Positions 12,301 through 25,200 of a stretch of DNA of 64,000 nt are shown here, in pieces; the first letter of the stretch is position 1; every line of letters begins with the position of its first letter. The notes under the pieces are model-generated. The model was not told the origin of the DNA. It saw only the letters and a list, made by a program, of their open reading frames with translations, and did not search any database. Source of the DNA: Raillietiella orientalis (lineage: Eukaryota); contig JAYWIR010000018.1 of assembly GCA_036172245.1 (NCBI GenBank), forward strand, positions 1,984,001-2,048,000, given 5' to 3'. The translations under genes and the position numbers were made by a program.

Positions 12301-13499
12301 ACTCTGGGGTCACTTCACGCTCTCCGGAGGGATTGTAAGCAGCTCTCCCCAGAGTGGAAGCCCTTTGGGTGGGACACTCGGTGTCGCAACGTCCGTGAGT
12401 TGCCAAGTTGTCCACACACTTAGCCGTTTCTTTCTTCATGCAATGCAGCAGGACACTTCCCACCTTGCCGGAAGGTCGCTGTCACGAAGGTTGGGTGGAA
12501 ATAACCTAACGTGTTCCTTTCAGCCTCGATCTGAATAGGTTTTATCGAGTTACTTTAGGGCTGTGGAGTCGTTGGAATGTTTGTTCTTTGTACTGCGGTT
12601 TAATAAATGAGTGAAACTTAGATGCAGTCTTTAAGATGATTCAAAAAAGAACCCAGACAATTGCTAGAAGAGCTCAGACTTCAATAAAAGACCTCCCAAA
12701 AGAAATACCTATTCTTTCACTGTTTTCAATGCATTAAGTGTGGGTTGGGGATTTCCTTCGGAAAGATTCGGAGATTGGATTTTTCACTCTGTGGAAATTA
12801 AGTTGCAAAGAGATTTTGGAAGCAACACAGATATTTCTTGCAATGGTCAGCTGAGCATCAAGTTTTACAACTCGATTTCTTCGCATTTCATCTTTCAATA
12901 GAAAGGGGGGAGGGGCTAGAAGGAGGGGTAATTTTAAGCTACCTAAGAGTCATAGATCCCTAGAATCCAGGACGCATTTTAAAAGAAGCAACTGTAATAC
13001 TCTTCCGCCTTTTCGTTGTCATGGAATTCTGTCCAATTATTCTCAATGAATGATAAAGTGCATATTTATGATGGCCATATAGATGTTTCAATGGAATCTG
13101 TATTTTCGTATATTTTCTCTGTAGTCTATTTTAAAGTAATAAAATCATTTTTGAGCATTAGACATGGATACCAAAGATCTCAAAATAAGGGAACCAAATT
13201 AATAAGAGATTAGAATTCATATATGGTACCCTAATTAGACAGCTTTTTATAGATATAGAGCAAATAGTGTGAATGTACATATCGGGATTCTCAACACCAA
13301 CCAAAGTTACTTTCTTTTAGCGTACTAACACTATAATGAACATTGGTGTAATTCAAAATGATTTTATACACGATGCTTTGACTTCATGTACAGTTTTATA
13401 ACATTTGCTTTAAATTCTGATCATTTGACAGCATATTCAAGTTTCTCTTTAGAATAAGACAAACGATTCTCAAAGAAAATCTAAAAAAGAATATCTAGG

Positions 13500-14555
13500 T
13501 CATATTACTTCGGCTTACAGTATATCTCCTTGATTTTCCAAGGACCCAAGAAATATACTGTAAGCCTAAGAAAAATGACTAGATATCGACTAACATATTA
13601 GTGTCGTATTCTCCAAGCAATAAAGTGCAACAAAACAGTTTTTTCTCAAATGAAAAGTCAATGATTTTAATGTCTGGGAGATCTTTGAAATATGAAACTT
13701 AAATGTTGCTGTCGTAAGCAATTCTAGCTAGTACTGATATCGAAGCATCACTGTTGCTTCACTTACGTTAGAGCACAGTTCATTTCTTGAATGATAATTG
13801 TCTGTCTTGATTCGAGTAGAATTTTTTTCTATTTTCCAATTTAAAAGAAATTTGTGATTACTATGATCTATATTCCTGTTTTTACCACAATGCCAGTCCC
13901 TCTGGGAGATCTTCCAGAACACATAACCACTTGGGAGTCATTGATTAAATGATAGAGAGGGAATCAAGTGATCAGCATTGTAAATATATGACAACAATAT
14001 CTTATGAAATAATGGAGGATTATATAGTGATTCCAACATAGCTCAATACATTACTCTGACAAAGACATAATGATTTGAAAACAAAATTCTCCAGCTTCGA
14101 AAATTCAGAAATATTTGGGGATTGGTCATGTAGTAAATGGGACATCTACGTGCTGCATGTGGCTCTATGTTCGAAATCTATAATTCTAAGTCTCCTTAAA
14201 TGATATTCGCTGCTAAAGTCCACAAATCATTCTTCTACATGCCATATATAAAAGTTTTTGCTAATTTCTGGATTGTCTTTCAATACTTGAAACACGAGCG
14301 ATACTTTTGAATAGGATCCAATATACATTATGTTTTAAAAACCTTTCATCAAAATATTCATTTTTGTATTAATGAGCTGATCATTAACGATACAAACTCT
14401 AAATTCAAGACAGAAAAGTCGAACTCCAGGAATATGCAGACACATTTCCAACTTTGCACAAAAAATTCTGAGTAGATCACATTGATTGTCAGTAGAGTGA
14501 GTAAATATGCACCGAATTTTATAAATATGTGTAGTGGTGATCTAAGTAAACGCAT
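13500..14555 (-). CDS. Possible multi-exon gene of unknown function, head-to-head with GINS3, with an N-terminal hydrophobic segment
   Basis: ATG at 14555 followed by MRLLRSPLHIFIKFGAYLLTLLTINVIYSEFFV. Downstream are open segments flanked by splice-like signals, e.g. ISNIEPHAARRCPIYYMTNPQIFLNFRSWRILFSNHYVFVR|GTAATG and ...HSRNELCSN|GTAAGT near 13765. I could not assemble a fully in-phase model. Confidence 0.3.
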
Positions 14556-14672
14556 CTTCTAATATGGAATCTTTTTCAGTAGGTAGCATTACCGCCTTTC
14601 CGAACGATCATCAAAGCACCACCCAGAATCTATTTGGTGTACACTTGTGTAGTCTGTGAGTGTTTGTAGAGC

Positions 14673-16235
14673 ATGCGTGATTCCTCCTTAATTTATGATT
14701 TTATGCCTCCGTACTTTTCCATACATGACATATTGTCTTCTCAGACTAAAGTTCCCAGTAAATTTTTGGTTAGCTGCTCCAATTTAGGTAACTATTGCTG
14801 TACTGCTTAAAAATTGCTTTGTTGTGTTTAAGGATATATTGACCCCGCTTCAAATTCACAGCATTTGAATAAGGATTCGAAGTTAGAACTACCATATTGG
14901 TTAGCAAACCCTCTATGTAATAGTAGGAAGATTGTGTCTGTTAGTTTACCCAAGGCATATACGGAGAGTTACAGGTTTTGAATTTGGGAGGTACAAAACT
15001 TTCTGATTTTATGTTCTGGTTTAGAGAGGTGTTAAATGCTGATGCCACCGTTGTGGATTTGCACAAAGTTGGCCCTTATTTCTACTCATTTGGAAATCTC
15101 CTTGGAAGTTTTCAGCACATCGAGATACAAGAAGTTTTCGAAATAATTCAGCAGGTAATTTGGAACCAAATTACAAAGGATTATGTTTCCTATAACTGTT
15201 AGTAATTTACCAATTATAACTGTAATTTAAAATTCAATTTTGCCATCAAAGCAGCTGCATAAAACACACAACACTGAATTAAAGTTGGAAAACTGATGGG
15301 TGCTTTCGGGGCATTTAATGTCATAAATGATTTTTTTCAAGCGATTTGTAGCACCATGCATTGAAAAAAACTCATGCCAATTGCTATTGCAAACTGCACC
15401 CTATTTTTACATTGGTTACAGAATTATTGCAATCTTTGTAATGCATATTTAATCCTTTAATGTGAATGGTTTTTAGAGTGCAACCATAAGTCCCCCCCCC
15501 CCTCCCAGATATTATGCTTTGATATCTTGTGATTAGTTGTGGAACATGTTTGCAAAACTTTGTGTGAATTTGTTAAACATTTAGAGTTTCAAAATATACC
15601 AGGTGGTTGAAGTATAATCATCCTGAAGGGTTGAAGTTTTTTCTATTTTGACTTTGTTAAAGAGATGATAGATGTTCTTGAGTCACAAGTTGATAGACAG
15701 TTGGAAATGGTTCACATATTCCTTTAATATTATTGTCGTACTACAATGGTTTATTTTACATATAGCATACAACAGTGAACAATAAAATGTATTACTTGTT
15801 TTTGCTTAGCTACTGGAAGAGGTGTACACTTGGATGATTTTGCAGGTATTTATGCCTGTAATGGCATCTAACTGCTAGAAACGGAACTGTACAAAAGATG
15901 AAAAATCTGGCAGGAGTATACACAAAAAATCTGTTAATAGAAAGCTAATCTTTTGCTAATACATTCATATATGGACTAATAATTATTATTATTTTTTTTT
16001 TCAGGTATTTCGGGACCGATTCAAGAAAATTTTGGAATATTCATTGAATGCCTCATATAGAGAGCACTGTAACTTCTTGAAAAATCTTGATGAGACAGAA
16101 AGACAGCTATTGGCATTGGGACAGCAGATATCTTTTGATCAAGAAAACTGGATCCACAGCCATACTAATAAGATTTCTGCATCACAGATTATAGAAAATC
16201 AGCGCAAACGTGAACAAGATTACTCCAAATCTTAA
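14673..16235 (+). CDS. GINS3: DNA replication complex GINS subunit PSF3 (4 exons, 205 aa)
   Basis: join(14673..14787,14833..14974,15025..15154,16005..16235). All introns are GT-AG (45, 50, 850 nt) and phases are consistent. The translation has PSF3 hallmarks: YFSIHDILSSQTKVP, SKLELPYWLA, SVSLPKAY, ADATVVDLHKVGPYFYSFG, FRDRFKKIL, LDETERQL. Confidence 0.93.
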
Positions 16236-16264
16236 ATTCAGCAAACCCTACCAACAGGATATTG

Positions 16265-16270
16265 TTTAAT
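16265..16270 (-). promoter_or_regulatory. Candidate polyadenylation signal for HNF4
   Basis: ATTAAA on the minus strand, 8 nt after the stop, inside the 43-bp gap to GINS3. Confidence 0.35.
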
Positions 16271-16278
16271 GTTATTAT

Positions 16279-19200
16279 TTAGAATTCTTGTTTAATATGA
16301 CTTCTGTCCTCATCTGGAGATGGTGCATAATGTTTGGCAAACATAGTCTCATAGGAATCAGGGTTAGGTAATCTTGTCATGTTGTTTAGAGTTTGCCCCG
16401 ACATTTGGCAACCGGAATTGCTAATATTGGCAAAATGAGAGTTCACTGTGGGAGAAGAAATTATGGAATTATTGCCATTGCTGTTATTATCTGATCCTAG
16501 TCCTCCCAGTAGCATTTCATGTAGTAGATTATCGATCTTTGCCATTCCCAGAAGTTTGGCTACTTTAATTTGTTCAATCATTTGCCAAGTAATTGATTGC
16601 AAAGGAGGCAATGTCAAGAGGATCTCTCCAAATCTTCCTCTAGTATCATACTGTCGATCATTGATGTAATTCTCCAGATTGATTTGAATTTGATATCGAA
16701 TGTGCTTAACCTTGCAGACATCCTGTAGACCTTTAGCATCTATTAAGAAAAAATTCACAAAATGACGAATACATATCATTCTTACTGGGATCAAAAAAGA
16801 CGATGGCCTTCAGACAGGCATATTCACGGTCATCTAAATTTACTTCTTTTAGAGGATAAATTAATTCATCCATTATCCTCGCTCCAATTCTGCTAATTTC
16901 AATTTCTGCATAAAATTATTGACAAGTGTTTCAAAGAAGAGCATCACCTTGTGGGTTCAGATTGATTCCCAGATAATACTTCGGAATCACACAATCATTG
17001 CTGAGTAGAAGAATATCCTTGAGATGCATTGAGCGTTTAGCCAGGCCTAATAGCAAATGTTCTCCTGCATGTGCACGTAATAATGCAACCTATAGTGTTA
17101 TGACACTCGAATTAGAATTTGCTACAAGTCTTTACTAACCTGATCATCAAGAGATAAATCTAGGAATGCAGGGATGTATTTTGCCCATTCCACTAGCACC
17201 AGTAATTGCTGTTTCATGGACTCACATACTTCTGTGATGTTGCCAATTTTTTTATTGTGCATGCTATAGTCATTGACATGTGGAATAAGCTAAAAGCATA
17301 TTATCGATTTACAGTATTTTTTTTTTTAATTATCTCCGTCTTCACCTGTCGGGACAACAGTTCAGCGGTATGTAAGGATTGTACGGAGAGTCCGGAGGTA
17401 CAGATGGACTCTTCACAGTTTGGTCGTCGTGTACTTATTTTGTCTCTCTCGTTTTGCACAGCTTAAATTCAAAATTGAATGATGCGAAAAAGAAGCAGAA
17501 GTGGGTGCACAATTATCATGGTACTTATAAGTCATTTCGCAAGCGGTGTCCGATTTTCGTATTCATGACATGGAAGGGAAGAACTCAGTCTTATCAATTT
17601 GGGCAAGATGAAGGCTTAGTATCTAATAAAGTGAACTAAAGAGAACTAAGAAGTGAAAAGTGTGGATGGAGAGTAAATTAGAGCTTTGGGACTAGATACC
17701 AAACATTAATGGATTTAGCTCGTTTTCGGTGCAACCCACGGATTCCTGCAGACTAAATGCAAGTCAAGTTGCAGGTATTCCTGGAAGATACGGTTAGACA
17801 TAGCAAAGTAGAGGAAGTGTGGTGGTATGATATGTCAAATAGGAAGATCATAAGCTGCAAACTCATTAACACCTTAAGCTAACTGGGTGATGCGTGTTGG
17901 ATGGGATAAAAGTCCGACTGAAGGACAAAAATTTCGGATTTCTTGGATTGTGGCCATTCTATTCGGTCATCATCATCTGTGCTCAAGTAGCTTCGGTTTT
18001 TCTTTTACACAAGACGAAAAAAAACTGTTCCGAAAAGTATCTTTAATGCATTGAAATCGGAATCACGAATCTTCAAGAAAAATTTAAAATATCAAGCACT
18101 TAGCATCACTTCGAAATGAACTTTAACGGAAAAGAGCAAAAGGACACGTAGGGTTTTCGGTTCGATTCGAAGCGGTCATTAGTGTCAAGTAATTATTTAA
18201 TTTAATAACGAGAGAACTAAGAGCAAGAAAGGGATTGTTTTTGCAGCTAGCAAACATTTAATGAGATTCATGTACACTTTTTCAAGGACACCGTGCATGA
18301 AAACAAAGAGCATGCTACAACTTGGAAAAAAAAAGCAACAAGGCCAAACTAAAGACAACTTTTGCACTGAAATGATGCATTCCGATTGTATGCTGACAAG
18401 CTGAGACTGCAGCCAAAAAAAAAAAAAGTCTGCTGCTGACAACTGTCCACCGTTCCCCTCATCATGATAGTGACCGATAGCAGTCAAAAAGTTTTCCTTT
18501 ACATTTCGACGAACCATCTCTTCCTCACCGGCAAACTGAGAAAGCGGCAAACTGCCAGATTACGGAACTCTGCCGACTTGCTGCAGGAAGAGCAACTACT
18601 GTCAGCCGGACAAATGAAAGTTCGGGAAACTTGCCCGTTGGCATGAGAACAGTTCTGCTCCCATGGATGGGAAGAAGAAATGAACCCATGCCCTGGACTG
18701 GAGGTGAGGAGGAGGCTAACAACCGACACCGTAGGGAAGGGAGGCACCGGTTTTCACGGAGAGAATAAGCAGGTTGCTGATCCTCTTAAGAAAGCGGAGT
18801 ATCCAGGAAAAGCGGTTGCGCTGCTCTAACTGCAAGAAATGCCAGTGGCGGAGATCCCGCGCAACTTCATTCCTAGTATGCAAGGATACGTTCAAGTTTG
18901 CGAGTTCACGCGAGTTGTTTTGGGGGAAAGGGAAAAAGAACCCGTGGGAATATAGGGATTATTCCTGGGAGCTTGGAAGCCCCCTGAGAGGGTGGAAATG
19001 CTCATAGAGGATCCAGACTACTCCTTGAACACTGGTGAGGTACCAAGACACGACGTTCCAGCGGGAACCTGGGTGCTCAGTCCTCTGCAATCCGCGATAC
19101 ATGAGCATGTAAACAGCCGTGGTGTCACCACGAAATGCGGACAAACCTCTTCGAGAAACCCGGGAAACGCTCATTCAAGAGCACTACAACGCCTATCAAA

Positions 19201-22200
19201 AGACCATGAAGAAGCCTACGAGGAACTCGAGGTTTAGGACATTGGTCACTTTCCAGGAAGCTACTCCTCCCTGGAAAAAATCCCCACAAGAATGCGCGTA
19301 TTACAGTTCCAGCGCCAAGAGGGAAAAGTCCGGAAACTTCCGGCACCTTCCACCTCTCTGCCCACAGCTAGCGGTGGGCAGAGACGCACGGGACTGCAGG
19401 GGACATCTCTCCGTCTGATCTTTGGCCTGGCAGTCAGCCTGATGTTACCGTACGGATTCTTAACTTTAGCAGATATGACCCCAGAACCAATTCTAAACAA
19501 TCCATTTTTTCCTTCAGAGATGAGAGTCGCCAGAGCTAAACGTGAACGTCACTTCCCGTCGTACAAATCCCCAGGAATAGAGCGTTTTCTCTTCCTGGTA
19601 GAGCGCCATTGGTAACATCATACGCCAGTAATGGCACTGACTGAACGCTTCCCTCTCCTCCCCCGTGAAGAAATCCCGAGAGTACGGGAGTGGCACTGAG
19701 GTTCACCGCAGAGAACATATAGAAAAGTCCCGTCCATCGGATGCTGGGATGCTCTTCTTGCCCTCCTTCCCTTCGCGGAACCGGAATGAATTGGCATGCA
19801 AACGCTCCCACATCGCCTTTTAGTCTGCGAGGATACCCTATAGACATTCCTCCACTCTTGCCTACTCCCACCTATTGTTGCTGTTAAGGAGGGCGGGAAT
19901 CGGGAGGAGTCGTTTCAGGTGTCTGTATTCCGTGCGGAGTGGAATGAAGGATCCAGAGAGGGAAGGGCGAGCCGAATACCCTTCCCGAGAGGTTTATCCC
20001 GGATTCAGGCGTGGGGGAAAGAATCCAGGGTGCGTCTCGCTTTGTACATGCACGAGCGGCGGGCTGTCGAACACGCTGGACGGAAGCGCCCCTCGTATCA
20101 TAACTTTTCAGTAAATGTTTTCATGTTAATGGAAGGAAGAGGGCAGGGAAGGGAGAGAACAAAAAATAAAGGGAGGAAGATTTCAGGACGAAGAGAAATT
20201 TCCTACCCAGTGCTGCCTCTTCTCTCGAGATGGTAATTCACAAGGTCTCCATTCTCTCACTCGCTCTTCCACTTGCGAAAAAATGTTGCCCCGGACTAAG
20301 GAACAACGATCAGGGAATACAAAAGCTACGAAGAGGTTCTATTCCTCAGTCTTCCGAAGACAGCATGGGAGCACGTGAGTCAGCTCTTTACGCGACGTCA
20401 AGTTCTCTGCGGTCGGAATCTGTTCTCATCTCGGATGCCTGCAGAAGTGCCGCGCTCCTGAACTCTTTTTCCTGGCTTCCTGAGGACCGGAGAGCATCCG
20501 GTTCGCGAGGAGATGGGAAACGCGAGTTTCTTTCGTTGGTATAGGAATGGTGGTCGTGCTGAAAGTGGCCCTGGAGACGGCAACGTTAGCAGCAACCGCG
20601 CGCGTTGGAGTCCTCCCATAATGTTTCCTATAGTAGGGGAGGAGGAGCGTGACATTGCAACTCACCTCCTTTTGAGGTGTTTCAAACAAGACCTCCTTTC
20701 GAGGAGGTGAGTTGCAATGTCATGCTCCTCCTCGAAATGGACAGATGATTCTTCAGCTGAGGATGAGATGATATCCCGGGAGGCAGGGACGAGAAAGATG
20801 GTAGGAATAGAGAAAAATGATCAGCTTTCCCCCGCGAGCTGGAAGGAGCAAGGTGGACCCTCAAAAAATCCGGCGGTAGGAGGTTCCTGACGGAGGGAAC
20901 TTGGTACGGGAGCACTGGAAAGGTCCCCAGGATGCTGGTAGTGGGCTGAGAGTGTATGGATTGCATGAGGGAAGCTCGAAGGCACGCACTCCCTGCGAAA
21001 AAAAATCAACTGTGGGCCCACCGAGAAGAGGCGTCGCACCAGGGAGCGGAATCATAAACTCTGCACGGTCTTGGAAGATGATGAAGGCGCCCGAGGTCTT
21101 CTCAGGCGCTCCTCTTCGGCCGAAATTCTTCTAAACACTCGGAAGGGTCCCGTGTCAGCAAGCGCAGGCTCCAAAGAGGCGGAGCACCGAACCCCCGGTA
21201 GGTATCACGAGATGGACCTCTCTACTTGCAAGGTTCACCACCCACAAATGAGAGGAGGGGAGGAAGAGCACGAGCATGGAAACACCTGTGTTCGTGGAGT
21301 GCTCCCACGTAAGCTCCCACTTGGATGATGAAACGAAGAATCCGGACGAAAGTGGATAGCTGTGGACCACAGACTGCCCAATGGCACACGAAGACTCTCC
21401 TAGGATGTTTGCGTCGGGTACTCTTCTGGCCCAAGCTAAGGGTGGGGACGTTGGAAATGCCACGCCTGAAGGCTCGGGGACAAGGTGCTCTGAAGTGTTC
21501 TGGCAGTGCGGATGATACGTGTCTCGAACCGCCTGCGGGGATGTCGGCGGCCAAAGACCGGATCGGGCTTCCCTTCCACGCGCGCGCGCCTGTGATGTCA
21601 TCCCGGTAAGAGCTGGGAGGAGACGGACGTTCACTTCCGGTGAATTCCTTGGATCCTTCCTTGGGCACGGCTTCCGGCTGTCCGCGCAGGCGAAGAGGGT
21701 CTGGGGAGCATGCGAATTGCTGCTGCACGGAGACCGATAGCGGCGACGTGTCAGAAAGACGGGGCCGGTTGCCACGGCACGTGGCGGAAAGGCGCGAGCG
21801 TCGTCGTCCACCGAGCCAGCGGGCTCCCGCGCACAACTTGCGCATGGGCGCTTTCCTGGAAAAGCGCGGACAAAAAACGGGAGCTGAAAGCGATGGAAGA
21901 GGGCAAAGAAACAAAAAGAGGAGGTGGAGGAAGAGCAGGGAATAGAAAGCAGGGCGAGGTTTCGACCCGCGTCTTGAAATTCGATACCGCCTCCGAACAA
22001 GCAGATCGGCAAGCGAATGAATTGGGGCTGCTCGCCGGAGAGGAAGGAAGGAAGGGGTGAAGGGAAGGAGCAGAACCAGCAGCAGTGCAGGTCACCGAGC
22101 CAAAAAAAGAAAGAAAAATCGAAAGCAAAAAGTTCTTCTTTCCTGCTCCCACCCGCTGCCGTCTCCCTCCCCATCCTGCATTCGATTTGGGAAACCGCGG

Positions 22201-25200
22201 CGCGAAGGGTTCTCCTTCCCGATGCCTCCTTTCGGGAGCGCGATAAGACTTCGGTATCAGGGTCGCTGCCGAACGCGGTTCGTGGGGAGAGGAAGGGAAA
22301 AGGTTGTCGGGATCTCCTGGACACTCCTGATGATGGGGGGGGGGGAGCACCTCATCCCCCTTTCATCCTGAGATTGACAGGAAGGGGGAAGAACTCCTGT
22401 AGAGGGAATCGGTCTCAATCCCTTCCTCCTCCTCCTCACTTTACCTCGGGAATAACAATCCCGAGTCTCTCGCGTCAGGCGGGAGGTCACGAATCCTCCC
22501 CGCATCCACCTTCCAAGGACCCACTTTCTTTCCTCCCTCGGGTGTTGAACGGCCCTAAGGGAAGAAACAGGGGAGGCTGGTGACCAACCCCGTTCCCCTT
22601 CCCCCGCGCGCCTCTCTCTATACTCATGGCTTCCTCTTCCCTAGGCACTGAGAGAAAAGGGGGGGGGGGAGAATGTAGAGGCGTCCCTAGACAAAGGGAG
22701 GTGCGCGTGTTTTCAGCTGCGTTAGCGACCCCCTCCGTCCCCTCATCCGCGGGATCCCCTGCAAGCGTCCGGACGGAGTCCGTGGCCGGTGATCTTCCGA
22801 AGAAGACGACGACGCTGCTGCTGCTGGCGATAGGAAGGAAGAGACCGCTGGACGAGCGCGCGGCGCCCTGCAGTACCGCGGACTGCTCCCGGACAGCTTG
22901 CGTACACCCCACCGGGGCATCGCCACCTCTGCGGGCGCTCGCACGCCTCCACGGGAGCGCCAGTTCTCAATTCTCTTCCAGCAAGCTTTCTCTCGGGAGT
23001 GTTTCGTGACAGAAACAGCAGGAACTACCAAAGAGGATGAGAGGGAGGAAGGATGGGGATGGTACTGAGGAGCAGGGAAAGGGATCCGACGAAAAGACGA
23101 GGAAGGAAAGGGAGTGACGGAGGGACGTTGCTCCTCCGAATGAGGAGGACTCCCACCCACCCCTTCCCCTAGTGGACCCGCGCGGGCTTCTGCTGCCTTC
23201 CTCGGCCTTCCGCTTGATCGTTCCGAAGCCGCAAGAGGGCACTAGCAGTTCAGAGAGTCCTGTTTGGTCGGTCATCTGCGGTTCCCTGCGCCGCCCAAAG
23301 TCCCACTTCACGGGGGGTAGAGAGTAGGGGAAAACTGCTCTAGGGAAGGCCGCAAGTTAGGACCCCTCTCCTGCCGCCATCCGGCACTGCAGGGCGCCTC
23401 CTCCTGTGCAGTCCCGGAAATGATGAGAGGGGAGACCCTCGGACTTCCTGCCTCAGCGAGGCCTGCACGTCCGTTCCCTGACCTCCGCCACTTCGTTCTC
23501 CACACGGGAGTGGATGGGAATGCTCGCGAAATGGCGCATCCCCTAGCCCGATCTCCCCCGCGGGCGGAACAGGAAGCGCCCGAATCCCGTGGGAGGGAGG
23601 ATCCGGTCGCGTCGCGTGGAGAGGGAGGTCGGGTACAGGAGGCGCCGCCTGCCAGTCCGTACGGCCGCGACCCTCCTCCCTCGCCGCCCGCCTCCTCCAG
23701 TGCTGTTCCCTCGAGCACCTTTCCTCCCCCTCCACCTCGAATGGGTGCGCAAGCGACATCTGAGCACCCCTTCGAAGGGCTGGTCGGAGGGGACTGCCCT
23801 CGGGGCAGAGTGTCAGCACAGCGAAGGGTGGGCAGCGCGGAAGAGGCAGTGCGACGGCAGCAATCCACCCGACTAGAGGAGCTCGGCAGCATCCTGACTC
23901 CCATACGCGCTGTCCACTGCCCATGGCCTCGTCACAATCCCACCCTCCGAGTCCTCCGCTCGTTTCCTTCTACCCCGTCTGGCGGTCACCCCTCTTTGGC
24001 GGCTGCAGGCGTAGGGGTAGTAGGGACGGAGTTGGGAATGAGTGTGTGCGTGCGTGTATGTGGGTGGAGCGCACCTTTTCGCGCTCCTTCTCTCCCTTTC
24101 CCTCCTCCCGCAGTCTGCTCCCGGGATGCTCCTCCCCTTCCTCCCATACATACACATCGGTTCTCCTCGCTGCTCCGGGAGCTCTCTTCTCCCCCCCCCC
24201 TCCGCATCCTGGTTCCCGTCAGATCTCTTCCTCGTCCCCGCTTACCCTCCTTCTTCATCCCCGCTCGGAAGCACTTCTCCAGGCGGCAGAACCGGCACTG
24301 GTTCCTCTTGTCCTTGTCGATGACGCACTTCCTGTTAAACCTGGAAAGGGAGAAGGAAGAAAAGGGGGGGAGGACAAGAAAGTCCCCGTGGGACCCACCT
24401 GCAGGCGTACTGGTGCTTGTTGCGAACCGATCTGCGGAAGAATCCCTTACAGCCGTCGCACGAGGACGCCCCGTAGTGCTTTCCGGTGGCGCGATCCCTA
24501 CAGATGGCGCAGTAGAGGTTGGCGCAGCTGTGGTCTCCCTTCCCTCCCCCACCGGTCTTTGGCGGGTCGTACGAGGGAGAGGGGAGCGGAGCAGCTGCAG
24601 GGTGGCCCATAGCCGCCGCCTCCTTATAGGGGAAGGCGCCATCGCCGTAGAGTAGGTCCGCAGCTGCGGCGTGGGGGACCCCATGGTCCCGGGGCAGCTT
24701 CAGCATCTCGTAGGGCCCGACCAGGAGCCGCGCGTCCGCCGCTGCGGACGCAACAGCTCCACTGCCCTCGCCGCCGCCGCAAGGCGCCATGGGCGGCGGC
24801 TGCCGCATCACCCCGAACGGCGGATCGCCGCCACTGCTCGTCACGGCGATGCGTCCGGCTGAGGTTGTACCTGGGGGCGGGAGAGAAATGATGGTGAGTC
24901 CAGGTCCCTTTCCCCCCCCGCTCTCCGTTGGAAGCCTCGGTTGGGGAGAGAGGTGGGGAGACGGCGAAACCCCTACGCTTTCCTCCCTTCTTTCCACGAC
25001 CCCTTTCCGTTCCTTCCTGCCACTCGTCCCTGAGGAAAGCTCGACGGAGGGAGGGGAGGAGGGCGAACGGGGGACGAGACCATCGTGGGACCGAAGGGGC
25101 CCCATTTTCCGCCACCCCACCCTCACATCATGCAACCCCCGTTCCCGGGTGCAGGTTGCGTGCCTTGGACAGCAGGAGGAGGGGAAGGGGCAGGGCCAGT

